A DNA stretch of 20,000 nt from an uncultured virus (IMG/VR IMGVR_UViG_3300027977_001066). Taxonomy: Duplodnaviria; Heunggongvirae; Uroviricota; Caudoviricetes. The position numbers and the translations under genes were made by a program. How positions within the stretch are numbered: the first letter of the stretch is position 1; each line of letters opens with the position of its first letter. The stretch lies in the IMG/VR virus record IMGVR_UViG_3300027977_001066; one strand, 5' to 3'. The notes under the pieces are model-generated. The model was not told where the DNA came from. It did no database searches and was given only the letters and a program-made list of their open reading frames with translations. This document shows, one piece after another, positions 8,162 to 16,993 of the stretch.

Positions 8162-9160
8162 ATGAAATACGCACTTATCGACACAGCAAATACCTTCTTT
8201 CGGGCACGACACATTGCTTCACGCAATAGTGATACTTGGGAGAAGATTGGAATGGCACTACATCTTACACTTGCATCAGTCAATCAGGTTGTACGCAAGT
8301 TTGGAGCCGATCACGTAGTGTTCTGCTTAGAAGGCCGTAGCTGGCGTAAGGATCATTATGCTCCGTATAAGAAAAATAGGGTAGTAGATACTCTATCACA
8401 GACTGAAGCTGAACGTGAAGAAAATGAAATGTTTTGGGATACGTATGAAAAGTTCACTACGTTTCTAAAAGAAAAAACAAACGTATCAGTACTCAGGCAT
8501 GAACGTGCTGAAGCTGATGATATGATTGCCCGTTTCGTTCACTTACACCCAAATGACACGCATTACATTATTAGTTCTGATACTGATTACATTCAACTTA
8601 TTAGTGACAACGTGCACCAATACAACGGTATCACAAATCAATTCATCACCCTCGAAGGATACCATGATGAAAAGGGTAGATTAGTTGTAGATAAGAAAAC
8701 TAAAGAACCCAAGTTACTTGGTGACCCACAATGGCATCTTTTTATGAAGTGTATGCGCGGTGATAGTTCTGACAATGTGTTCAGTGCTTATCCCGGGGTA
8801 CGTGAGAAAGGTACTAAGAACAAAGTTGGACTAACTGAAGCGTATGCTGATAGACATAAAATGGGCTTCAATTGGAACAATATGATGTTGCAACGTTGGG
8901 TAGACCATAATGAGGTTGAACACAGGGTTAAAGATGATTACGAACGTAACCGTGTACTGATTGACTTGACCGCACAACCACAAGAGATTAAAGATTTAGT
9001 TGACCAACGTATTAAAGAGGGTGTTCGTGTAACTACTACCCCTCAAGTAGGCATTCACTTTATGCGATTCTGTGGTAAGTATGAGTTGACTAAAATTAGT
9101 GACCAAGCTGAGACCTATGCAAAGTGGTTGAACAGTCCTTATAAAGGTAATTTAGTATGA
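8162..9160 (+). CDS. rnh: T4 RNase H-like 5'-3' exonuclease (FEN/PIN fold)
   Basis: ALIDTAN, SWRKDHYAPYKKNR, AEADDMIA, IISSDTDYIQL, RGDSSDNV, YERNRVLIDL. Confidence 0.9.
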   Translation: MKYALIDTANTFFRARHIASRNSDTWEKIGMALHLTLASVNQVVRKFGADHVVFCLEGRSWRKDHYAPYKKNRVVDTLSQTEAEREENEMFWDTYEKFTTFLKEKTNVSVLRHERAEADDMIARFVHLHPNDTHYIISSDTDYIQLISDNVHQYNGITNQFITLEGYHDEKGRLVVDKKTKEPKLLGDPQWHLFMKCMRGDSSDNVFSAYPGVREKGTKNKVGLTEAYADRHKMGFNWNNMMLQRWVDHNEVEHRVKDDYERNRVLIDLTAQPQEIKDLVDQRIKEGVRVTTTPQVGIHFMRFCGKYELTKISDQAETYAKWLNSPYKGNLV

Positions 9161-9474
9161 GCAATAAAGAAGAAACACAATGGGTTCTTGTAGAATGTGT
9201 TAGTACATTCCGTCAACGGTATATGGTTGAAGTGCCCCTAGGTACTGATGACTATGGCAATGATAAAACATTGTGGGCGTTAGATACAGTAACAATGCAA
9301 GCGGCAAAAGAATTCAGCCAAGAATATCTTGGTGAACAGATTGTCAGTCATCGTGTAGTTACGTATGATGAGGCATTGTCATTATGTGATAAGGACAACG
9401 ATTATGTTGTATCTTGGGATACTGAAACAAAAGTTAAAAACTTTTTTACAACACTGGCTGACCAAGAAAAATGA
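9157..9474 (+). CDS. Hypothetical phage protein
   Basis: 105-aa ORF overlapping the end of rnh; AAAGG upstream. Confidence 0.75.
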   Translation: MSNKEETQWVLVECVSTFRQRYMVEVPLGTDDYGNDKTLWALDTVTMQAAKEFSQEYLGEQIVSHRVVTYDEALSLCDKDNDYVVSWDTETKVKNFFTTLADQEK

Positions 9475-9698
9475 CATACACAACACCTGACAAAATCATT
9501 AAAACAATTCGTAAAGATGATCCTGACTTTATGATTGATAATGGTATTGTTATGGCACCACGTGCTGGACTTGAAATAAGTAATGATTGTCCAAGACAAT
9601 ATAAATCGATGATTATAGAAGCTATAAAAAATGGTTGGTTAAAGCCTATAGCCTACATGAAAGAATCAGAATTTGTTTGGGAACAACTAGGAGAATGA
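9471..9698 (+). CDS. Hypothetical phage protein
   Basis: 75-aa ORF, ATGA-coupled to the previous gene. Confidence 0.7.
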   Translation: MTYTTPDKIIKTIRKDDPDFMIDNGIVMAPRAGLEISNDCPRQYKSMIIEAIKNGWLKPIAYMKESEFVWEQLGE

Positions 9699-9699
9699 A

Positions 9700-9906
9700 A
9701 TGAACAGAGATTACAACAACTTACAATATATTTTAAACAAAACACCGGAAGAATTGCATGAGTGGTGGTACTCATTAGAAGATGAAGACAAAGCCTATGC
9801 TATGGAAATCATTATAGAATATCGTAAGATGCTAGATGAACCAGTGGTAGCAGATTATTCTATAGCAAAAAATTATCTGAAAAAATTTCAACTAAATATC
9901 TCATGA
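9700..9906 (+). CDS. Hypothetical phage protein
   Basis: 68-aa ORF with strong RBS AGGAGA upstream. Confidence 0.72.
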   Translation: MNRDYNNLQYILNKTPEELHEWWYSLEDEDKAYAMEIIIEYRKMLDEPVVADYSIAKNYLKKFQLNIS

Positions 9907-11042
9907 ACGACAACATTTGCTATTATCCCTGGGTTGGTATTGATATAGGAGTGCAACATGATTTTAGACCATGTTGTAAATATTCCAATATTATTGCCAA
10001 CACACTGGAAGATTATTTAGCAAGTGATGAATTAGCACAACTTAAACAAGATTTTATTGACGGTAAGAAACCAGCCGGATGTAGTAGATGTTGGAAAGAT
10101 GAATCTGTAAAGGTTGAATCTAAAAGACAACGTGATTGGAAATACGTTTTTGAAGAAACAGTTCCTGATCTAAGTCACATAAAAGCATTATGTGTTCCTT
10201 TTGGCAATATATGTAATCTTGCTTGTAGAAGTTGCAGAAGTTATGCAAGCAGTCGTTGGCTTTCAGAAGAACAAAAATTAAAAGAGGTGTTTCCTGAAAC
10301 TAAATCATGGCCGCACAATAGATATTATGCAGAAGAAAACTTCCTTGAAAATATCAAAAGTATATCAGATAATCTAATATTGATTGAGGTTCCCGGTGGC
10401 GAACCATTTGTAACCGGTACTGAAACTCACTTAGAATACTTAGATTATCTGATTGAACACAATGCTAAAAACATAACCATACATTATACTACAAATTGCA
10501 CCATCATGCCTGATGAAAGATTTTGGTCTAGATGGAATAATTTTAAAAAAATTGATATGCAATTAAGTATTGATGGCACACATAAAGTGTATGAATATAC
10601 AAGATGGCCCGGTGTTTGGTCAGAAGTATATGACAATATTAAATCATACCAAAATAAAGAAAAAGAGTATACTAATTTACAATTAAGTATTTCACATACA
10701 CTAAGCATATTTAATATATTCTATGTTGATGATTTTTTACAATGGTGTAGAGATGAACAACTTCCCAAACCTTTTATAGGTATGGTGTTTAGACCAGATT
10801 ATTACAGTGTCAATATGTTGAGCAAAAATACAAAAGAATACTTGTGTAACAAATTAATTGATCCGCACTCACAACAGGTATTAAGTTATATGATTGGAGA
10901 GGACAACCAAAAGTTACTAGAAAAGGCATTCAAGTATATAATAACACTTGACGAGCATAGAAATCAAAAGTTTAGTGAGTCATTACCCGAATTTTATAAT
11001 CTATTAAAAGATACCTGTAGTGTGCTAGGAAAGTTACCATGA
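9903..11042 (+). CDS. Radical SAM protein with N-terminal SPASM/twitch-like Cys cluster
   Basis: CNLACRSC (CxxxCxxC), GGEPF, YTTN, LSIDG, YEYTRWP. N-terminal CYYPW...RPCC...CSRCW. Confidence 0.88.
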   Translation: MNDNICYYPWVGIDIGVQHDFRPCCKYSNIIANTLEDYLASDELAQLKQDFIDGKKPAGCSRCWKDESVKVESKRQRDWKYVFEETVPDLSHIKALCVPFGNICNLACRSCRSYASSRWLSEEQKLKEVFPETKSWPHNRYYAEENFLENIKSISDNLILIEVPGGEPFVTGTETHLEYLDYLIEHNAKNITIHYTTNCTIMPDERFWSRWNNFKKIDMQLSIDGTHKVYEYTRWPGVWSEVYDNIKSYQNKEKEYTNLQLSISHTLSIFNIFYVDDFLQWCRDEQLPKPFIGMVFRPDYYSVNMLSKNTKEYLCNKLIDPHSQQVLSYMIGEDNQKLLEKAFKYIITLDEHRNQKFSESLPEFYNLLKDTCSVLGKLP

Positions 11043-11239
11043 AATCACGTGAAGAAATCATTACTGATATGTGCTATACATATCGACATGATTATGGATT
11101 AGATAAAGATTCAAATGGTCCTCCTTGGTTATCAGGAATGACACCGGAAGAGCGTAAAGGATTGTACAACACAATGGCTCAGATTTTTGATAATAGTATT
11201 GCACCTGTTATGGAATTAAAAAATGGCAAGTCTCGCTGA
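11039..11239 (+). CDS. Hypothetical phage protein
   Basis: 66-aa ORF, ATGA-coupled, AGGA upstream. Confidence 0.7.
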   Translation: MKSREEIITDMCYTYRHDYGLDKDSNGPPWLSGMTPEERKGLYNTMAQIFDNSIAPVMELKNGKSR

Positions 11240-11492
11240 ATACTTTGAACAACATCGTTATAAGCCTAAATATGAGTTTATGGCTAGAGTGACCGGTATG
11301 TATGGTAAGATACGTTGGATTGGTAGTGTTGGTAATGATACTGTTATTAGTGACCAAATAGGTCCTATGTTGCACATTCATTTAGATTTACCACTAAAGA
11401 TTGATGGTAAATATACCGATCATCTTTTCACGAAACACAAAGGTGTAAATAGATTAGTAAGCTTTGATGAAGAACCCAAGAAAAAGAAATAA
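11223..11492 (+). CDS. Hypothetical phage protein
   Basis: 89-aa ORF, GGA upstream, continues the operon. Confidence 0.7.
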   Translation: MASLAEYFEQHRYKPKYEFMARVTGMYGKIRWIGSVGNDTVISDQIGPMLHIHLDLPLKIDGKYTDHLFTKHKGVNRLVSFDEEPKKKK

Positions 11493-13021
11493 TGTATGAT
11501 GCAGTAATTTTTACTGATGTAACCGATACAGTAACTATCTATAAAGCAATCGGTGCATATAAGATTGCTAATACTCTACGACAACAAGGATATAGATGTT
11601 TAGTCGTGGATCACCTACACGCATTTAATTTAGATGAGATTAAACAAGTCATTGACAAATCAGTATCAGTTAATACGTTGTTTGTAGGATTCAGTACAAC
11701 CTTCTTTAATAACATCATTGACTCTACTAACATAGATGGGTCAAAAACATATAAACCTGTATTGTCCGGAGTTATACCACAGGGTATTGATTTTGAAACT
11801 TGTGTTGTTAATCATATTAAATCCAGAAACTATAACTGTAAAATTGTAGTAGGCGGTACAAAGGCTCACGCTAACTTAAATGATAAGAACATAGATTATA
11901 GTGTGATTGGATACGGGGAAGTCAGTATTCTATCTATCGCTAATCATTTAAAAAATAATACACCACTAGTTAATAGCTATAAAAATTTATATGGTATTAC
12001 AATAGTTGATAACAGAACAAATGATAACTATAATTTTGTCAATAGCAAATTTGAATGGGAAGATTTAGATGTTGGAAATGCTAAGGTATTACCATTAGAG
12101 ATAGCACGTGGATGTATTTTTAAATGTAAGTTTTGTAGTTATCCATTGAATGGAAAACAGAACTTAGATTTTATTAGACACAGTGATATCTTATATGAAG
12201 AAATGCAATCAAGCTATGACAAGTTTGGTGTATCTAATTTTTATATACTTGATGATACTTTCAATGATAGTACATATAAATTGGATATACTACACAACAC
12301 AATCAAACGATTGACCTTTCAACCTAAGTTCTGGGCCTATACACGGTTAGATTTAATAGCACAGAACAATGAATTGATTGATAAGTTATATGAGATTGGC
12401 TTGCGTGGGATTTATTTCGGAATTGAGACACTTCATAAACGCACAGGATTAATAATTGGTAAGGGATTTGATAGGGAAAAACAAATCAATACTATAAAAC
12501 AAATACGTGAACGATATGGTAATCAAGTAACAATGCACGGAAGTTTTATATTAGGATTACCAGAAGAACCAATAGATTCCATGCGACATACTTTTAATCA
12601 ACTAATGGATAATAGTATCCCGTTACATACGTTTATATTTCATGGGTTAAGTTTATACAAGAATGAATCCGTACCCTTCAATAGTGAATTGGGTAAAAAT
12701 TTTAAAGATTACGGTTATACCGAACTAAATACGGATCATAATAGTCCTAAAATCAATTGGAAAAATCAACATTTAGATAATACGATTGCAAACGAGTTAG
12801 CAAACGAGTTTAATACAACAGCACAAAATAGTAATAGACTAGGCTTGCCCGGGCAGATAGGATTTTCGTTAAAGAATTTAGGATATACAGATGATTACAT
12901 TTCAAATACCAAGTATAATGAAATAAAATGGCAAGATATCACCCTTAACAAAAATTTATATATTGAAGCATACAAGAATCTATTGTTTAATAGGTTAACC
13001 AAATCTATTGACTTAAAATGA
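11492..13021 (+). CDS. B12-binding-domain radical SAM protein (class B-like)
   Basis: N-terminal GAYKIA...FVGFSTTF...KIVVGG...GYGE cobalamin-binding-like domain; EIARGCIFKCKFC; DDTFN; FGIET; SFILGLPEE. Confidence 0.88.
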   Translation: MYDAVIFTDVTDTVTIYKAIGAYKIANTLRQQGYRCLVVDHLHAFNLDEIKQVIDKSVSVNTLFVGFSTTFFNNIIDSTNIDGSKTYKPVLSGVIPQGIDFETCVVNHIKSRNYNCKIVVGGTKAHANLNDKNIDYSVIGYGEVSILSIANHLKNNTPLVNSYKNLYGITIVDNRTNDNYNFVNSKFEWEDLDVGNAKVLPLEIARGCIFKCKFCSYPLNGKQNLDFIRHSDILYEEMQSSYDKFGVSNFYILDDTFNDSTYKLDILHNTIKRLTFQPKFWAYTRLDLIAQNNELIDKLYEIGLRGIYFGIETLHKRTGLIIGKGFDREKQINTIKQIRERYGNQVTMHGSFILGLPEEPIDSMRHTFNQLMDNSIPLHTFIFHGLSLYKNESVPFNSELGKNFKDYGYTELNTDHNSPKINWKNQHLDNTIANELANEFNTTAQNSNRLGLPGQIGFSLKNLGYTDDYISNTKYNEIKWQDITLNKNLYIEAYKNLLFNRLTKSIDLK

Positions 13022-13035
13022 AAATATGTTATTAT
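13008..13035 (+). promoter_or_regulatory. sigma70-type promoter
   Basis: TTGACT (13008-13013), 16 nt, TG-n-TATTAT (13030-13035); RBS AAAGGA before ATG 13055. Confidence 0.55.
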
Positions 13036-13054
13036 TAGATAATAAAGGAATATA

Positions 13055-13519
13055 ATGAATAAAACACTAATTGCAAAACCAGTAGTAAAGAACCAATTTT
13101 GGATTGTGACGGACGGCAATGAAAAAGTAGGAAACGTACTAGCAGATGGCTCAGGCTTTGAACTCAAATTGAATGGTAACAAAACTCATTACAAAAATAC
13201 TAAGGCTATAGAAAAAATAACAAACATTGAGTTTCAAACATTCAGTAAATTCAGTAGTATAAAAAAGGAAGTGGCTTTTAGTGAGTATCCTACTACTGCA
13301 AAGGTATGTAATTCGATACTAGATATTAAACGAAAATTACATTTATATACCAAAACACCAAAAAGCAAGTGTTATCATGCCGCAGGATGGTACACATTTA
13401 AACAAGGTAGTGAAGAAAAAGTGATTTTTTGTCCCAAATACATCTTTATTCAACGATATGAGTATCAGGGTCCGTTTAAAACAAAAGATGAAGCTGAATT
13501 ATTGATAAATAATATATGA
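13055..13519 (+). CDS. Hypothetical phage protein
   Basis: 154-aa ORF with RBS AAAGGA. Confidence 0.8.
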   Translation: MNKTLIAKPVVKNQFWIVTDGNEKVGNVLADGSGFELKLNGNKTHYKNTKAIEKITNIEFQTFSKFSSIKKEVAFSEYPTTAKVCNSILDIKRKLHLYTKTPKSKCYHAAGWYTFKQGSEEKVIFCPKYIFIQRYEYQGPFKTKDEAELLINNI

Positions 13520-13710
13520 TTATTATAAAGCGTTTCATTGATAAGGTTTCATCTATAAAGGGCAACAACTTAGTTTTGCCTGTTGAAGAAGCTAAAATGT
13601 TACGTGATGAGATATCAAAGTTATTAGCAGATAATTATGAGCTACATAATAAAACTTCATCTGAGGATGATACTGTTATTCAACTAGAAATTAACGGCGG
13701 TAAATGGTAA
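13516..13710 (+). CDS. Hypothetical phage protein
   Basis: 64-aa ORF, ATGA-coupled, TAAATA 4 nt upstream. Confidence 0.7.
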   Translation: MIIIKRFIDKVSSIKGNNLVLPVEEAKMLRDEISKLLADNYELHNKTSSEDDTVIQLEINGGKW

Positions 13711-14004
13711 ATGAGTAGAACACAGCCCACTATCTTACTAGAGATAGTAGATAAAGTTACATATAAGTGCGACCAGATTGTAGAGGCTGCAGGCATATGG
13801 GCAGTTTTCTATGATGACCAACCTATCAATTTAAAAAGTCAGCATTATCAAGATCCTGATGCAACCCCTAAATATAAAAAAACTAGCTTCAGCAATCCTG
13901 GTCACGCTAGAAACTTGTGTCGTAAACTCAACGCACAATTTAAAACTGATAAATTTAGTGTTGTGTTTATGAACAACGGCAATAAAGTTTATCCAGATGA
14001 GTGA
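13711..14004 (+). CDS. Hypothetical phage protein
   Basis: 97-aa ORF abutting the previous stop; contains PKYKKTSFSNPGHA. Confidence 0.75.
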   Translation: MSRTQPTILLEIVDKVTYKCDQIVEAAGIWAVFYDDQPINLKSQHYQDPDATPKYKKTSFSNPGHARNLCRKLNAQFKTDKFSVVFMNNGNKVYPDE

Positions 14005-14401
14005 ACGTAAGTCACATAAACTAATTATAACCGAAGCCGTATTGGCCGAACTACCTAACAATCAGCAGGTTGATTCCACTGCGGATGGATTAATGATGCG
14101 TATATGGATGAGTGGTAGACAAGACGGCTTACGTTTAACAGAGTATGGAGACTTTATTTTTAGAATGGCAGAAATAGAGTACTATCAATCTAATTTTAAA
14201 CTCAGAGAGGGAACCAGTGAACACGCCTATGTTATGGAAATCAATAAAAAAATCAAATGCCCCTTCTACTTGGGTGTAAATAAGATTGAAGGCAAGAAAA
14301 AACAACCATACATAAGATTATATGATAGCAAGATTGCTATGATGATTGAGTTATATGGTGATATAGTAAGTTACTTAGATTCAGTAAAGGTAAGAAAATG
14401 A
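13997..14401 (+). CDS. Hypothetical phage protein
   Basis: 134-aa ORF overlapping the previous gene by 8 nt. Confidence 0.75.
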   Translation: MSERKSHKLIITEAVLAELPNNQQVDSTADGLMMRIWMSGRQDGLRLTEYGDFIFRMAEIEYYQSNFKLREGTSEHAYVMEINKKIKCPFYLGVNKIEGKKKQPYIRLYDSKIAMMIELYGDIVSYLDSVKVRK

Positions 14402-14562
14402 CAGAAAAGAAAAATCCAAATCCATTTATTAATTTAGCCAACGAAGCTAAAAAGAAAAATACTCCCGCAATTACAGGTAAAAAAGTTGAACAAAAAGCTC
14501 CTAAGCCTAGTAAAGGATTCGGTGGTGCTAGTGTAGTTAGACGTACCGGCAGGGGTGGTTAA
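14398..14562 (+). CDS. Small basic protein (54 aa), not in the ORF track
   Basis: MTEKKNPNPFINLANEAKKKNTPAITGKKVEQKAPKPSKGFGGASVVRRTGRGG; ATGA-coupled, AAGG upstream, fills the gap up to the convergent gene. Confidence 0.7.
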   Translation: MTEKKNPNPFINLANEAKKKNTPAITGKKVEQKAPKPSKGFGGASVVRRTGRGG

Positions 14563-15050
14563 TACCAAATACCCTCATTACGCATACGTTTAATGAGAGT
14601 TAAGAATCCGCTACATATACCGTAACTTTTTACTTTAACCATAGTATACAGGCTACGGTCATTTATTTCTGGTAAAAACATAACACTATTAATATTGATA
14701 GGTACTGTGCCCGGAGTAATCAATTTACCATTGCTAGCAGTAGCATACGGTGGGGGCGGAGTACTTGCCGCAAAAGTAAAATAATTTGGATACAATGTAC
14801 TTGATTGGGTAGCTATCCAAGTTTGCATATCAGTATTTACAGCGTTAATCCAAAAGCGCGGACCTTGAATGTATTTTTCGGTTACTTCAATAACTGGTTG
14901 CCCGTTACCAACATATAGTTTATTGTTAATACGCCAAACATATATTAAACAACTAAATCCTTTGCCGAGTGCTTTGTTTATTTGTTTTGGAGTATTGGCA
15001 TCTTCATAGTTTTGCCCGTCGTAAATTCCCTGATAAGATATATATAACAT
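14559..15050 (-). CDS. Degenerate GDPD/PI-PLC-like phosphodiesterase fold protein
   Basis: ISYQG...DANTPKQINKALGKGFSCLIYVW...KLYVGN aligns by eye to the family pattern ISHRG...ENT...I..A...G.D.E.DVW...LYLGHD; ends with YGICS. Confidence 0.55.
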   Translation of the reverse strand: MLYISYQGIYDGQNYEDANTPKQINKALGKGFSCLIYVWRINNKLYVGNGQPVIEVTEKYIQGPRFWINAVNTDMQTWIATQSSTLYPNYFTFAASTPPPPYATASNGKLITPGTVPININSVMFLPEINDRSLYTMVKVKSYGICSGFLTLIKRMRNEGIWY

Positions 15051-15141
15051 AATATGTATTTATGTCAACGGAATCAATAGCTGCCGCGTTATATATATGT
15101 AGACATATAAATCTACTTCATTAACATAAAGGAAACATAAA

Positions 15142-15402
15142 ATGAAAACATTAGCAATCGCAATCATCGCCTCTTTCAGTATCGGTTCTGCCTTCGCACA
15201 AGCTGCCAAACAACCCGAAGGTATTGCCAAAACGGCGCCAGCTGTTACAGCACCCGCTAAAGTAGAAGCACCAAAAGAAGAAATGAAACTAGCTAAGAAA
15301 AAGGATGCTCCCAAAGCAGATACTAAAAGTGCACCTGCCAAGACAGAAAAGACTACAGCAACAACTGCTCCTAAGGCAGACACCAAGCCAGCTGGCAAGT
15401 GA
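15142..15402 (+). CDS. Secreted Lys/Ala/Pro-rich low-complexity protein
   Basis: Sec signal MKTLAIAIIASFSIGSAFA; APKADTK occurs twice; RBS AAAGGA. Confidence 0.8.
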   Translation: MKTLAIAIIASFSIGSAFAQAAKQPEGIAKTAPAVTAPAKVEAPKEEMKLAKKKDAPKADTKSAPAKTEKTTATTAPKADTKPAGK

Positions 15403-15586
15403 ACTAAATGATGACGATAACTATGATATAGTTGATTTAGACTTTCATCGTAGTTATAGTCGTCCTAGACTAGTCACAAATAATCTTTGGGATGATGATA
15501 CAGAATTACCCGAACGTATATTGAAAAAACTTGAATCTGCAAGAATTAAAGCCCTACAGGAATATGGTAATAAATATACGTTATGA
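15305..15586 (+). CDS. Hypothetical acidic protein, start uncertain
   Basis: The part downstream of 15402 looks protein-like (DDDNYDIVDLDFHRSYSRP...), but the only ATG overlaps the previous gene by 98 nt. Confidence 0.45.
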   Translation: MLPKQILKVHLPRQKRLQQQLLLRQTPSQLASELNDDDNYDIVDLDFHRSYSRPRLVTNNLWDDDTELPERILKKLESARIKALQEYGNKYTL

Positions 15587-16290
15587 TTTTACCCAATTTA
15601 TATCTCAGAGGCTTTTCAAATAAACATAGAGAATATTCCGGGTTAGATACATTAGAGGAATGTTGGGATAAAGAGCATTTTTTAAAGTATCCACATAAAG
15701 TAGAGTATCAGTATAATTCTAGAGGTTTTAGAGGGCCTGAATGGCCCTCTAACTTAACTGACATATGTTGGTGTGTAGGTGATAGTTTTACAGCCGGATT
15801 GGGTGTTCCGTATCATCATACTTGGCATCAAGTATTATCTAACAAGTTAAAAATCAACACGATAAACGTAAGCATGGATGGTGCTAGTAATTCTTGGATT
15901 ACACGTAAAATTATTGATTTGTTAAGTATTAAACCAAAAAACATAATTATCCAATGGTCGTATATTCATCGTAGAGAATCTACCGACATTAAATTAACAG
16001 ATGAAAATCGTAGAATTTATGCTATTAATACTACCAGTGAACAGGATACGCAACATATAATTGATTGTATAAATTCAGTTGAGTCTATAAAAGAAAACAC
16101 AAATATTATTCACACATTCATTCCCGGATGCTTCCCAAATGGAGATATTGATGAAGCAATTATCAAAATGAATATAAATATAGTTTTATTTCATCAAATT
16201 GACCGTGCTAGAGATGGGCACCACTATGATATTAAAACATCAGACTTGCTGACCAATAACATTGTCAACTCGGGTCTGTTAAGTATATAA
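15583..16290 (+). CDS. SGNH/GDSL hydrolase-like protein
   Basis: YQYNSRGFRG, CVGDSFTAGLG (block I), NVSMDGASN (block II), C-terminal RDGHH (DxxH). Confidence 0.7.
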   Translation: MILPNLYLRGFSNKHREYSGLDTLEECWDKEHFLKYPHKVEYQYNSRGFRGPEWPSNLTDICWCVGDSFTAGLGVPYHHTWHQVLSNKLKINTINVSMDGASNSWITRKIIDLLSIKPKNIIIQWSYIHRRESTDIKLTDENRRIYAINTTSEQDTQHIIDCINSVESIKENTNIIHTFIPGCFPNGDIDEAIIKMNINIVLFHQIDRARDGHHYDIKTSDLLTNNIVNSGLLSI

Positions 16291-16381
16291 TTATATTGCG
16301 GATAAACAACGCATAAATATATATGAAGTTAGAGTTCTTCATAAAAACTCAACACTTAAACACACACATAGGAGATATAAA

Positions 16382-16651
16382 ATGTTTAACACAGCAACTT
16401 ACGCCTTTATTGACGGCGTTTCAGACTTTAAAAAGAAATTCGTAGAACAAACAGTTCAACACGAAGGCATCAAAACAGCAATAAACACATTCATTGATGC
16501 ACAATCAAAATACACTAAATCAGCCGCAGATGCAGGAATGCAATCTATGATGGCTTTGGGTATGATTTTCACAAGCAAAGATTTCTATACAGAAATGGGT
16601 GACCAGTTCAAAGCAATGGTTCCTGCTTTTAATCAAAAGAAGGCTAAGTAA
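16382..16651 (+). CDS. Hypothetical helical protein (weakly phasin-like)
   Basis: 89 aa with strong RBS AGGAGA and amphipathic Ala/Gln-rich character. The phasin resemblance is an impression only. Confidence 0.7.
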   Translation: MFNTATYAFIDGVSDFKKKFVEQTVQHEGIKTAINTFIDAQSKYTKSAADAGMQSMMALGMIFTSKDFYTEMGDQFKAMVPAFNQKKAK

Positions 16652-16653
16652 TC

Positions 16654-16818
16654 ATGAAACTTTTAGGAATGTTAATAGCGTTCCTAGGTTTCTCTACAGA
16701 TACCTATGGATCACAGTTAGAAAAATATATCATCGGCCGAAATCCACAAGATATAGGCGACATTGAGCGATTGACCTACGAGTTCCATCGCAAACAATCA
16801 GATTGGAGATTTCTATGA
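16654..16818 (+). CDS. Small protein (54 aa), DUF3563-like
   Basis: MKLLGMLIAFLGFSTDTYGSQLEKYIIGRNPQDIGDIERLTYEFHRKQSDWRFL; the Y....QD..DIER pattern recalls DUF3563. Confidence 0.6.
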   Translation: MKLLGMLIAFLGFSTDTYGSQLEKYIIGRNPQDIGDIERLTYEFHRKQSDWRFL

Positions 16819-16898
16819 ACACACTTAAACAACTATTCAATAGTCTCTTAGAGGCAATTCAGTCTATCAAAGACTACAAAGCGAGTAAACTAAAATGA
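16815..16898 (+). CDS. Microprotein (27 aa)
   Basis: MNTLKQLFNSLLEAIQSIKDYKASKLK; ATGA-coupled at both ends; GGAG upstream. Confidence 0.55.
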   Translation: MNTLKQLFNSLLEAIQSIKDYKASKLK

Positions 16899-16993
16899 GA
16901 TTACTTAACGACCTAATTATGCTATTCAACTGGGCTAAGGATGGTTGGGAAGTACATCCAATCATTGACGATGAATTTAGAGGTTGGATATGA
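16895..16993 (+). CDS. Microprotein (32 aa)
   Basis: MRLLNDLIMLFNWAKDGWEVHPIIDDEFRGWI; ATGA-coupled at both ends. Confidence 0.5.
   Translation: MRLLNDLIMLFNWAKDGWEVHPIIDDEFRGWI

Noticed and set aside
9402..15398. Minus-strand ORFs 9402-9599, 10484-10708, 12895-13182, 13831-14061, 15060-15398
   Set aside because: Antisense shadows; the hydrophobic look of 15060-15398 simply mirrors the Lys/Ala codons on the + strand.
16323..16445. Possible 40-codon upstream ORF starting just after TAAATA
   Set aside because: Overlaps the strong-RBS 16382 gene out of frame and its ATG lies in the leader hairpin; no independent support.
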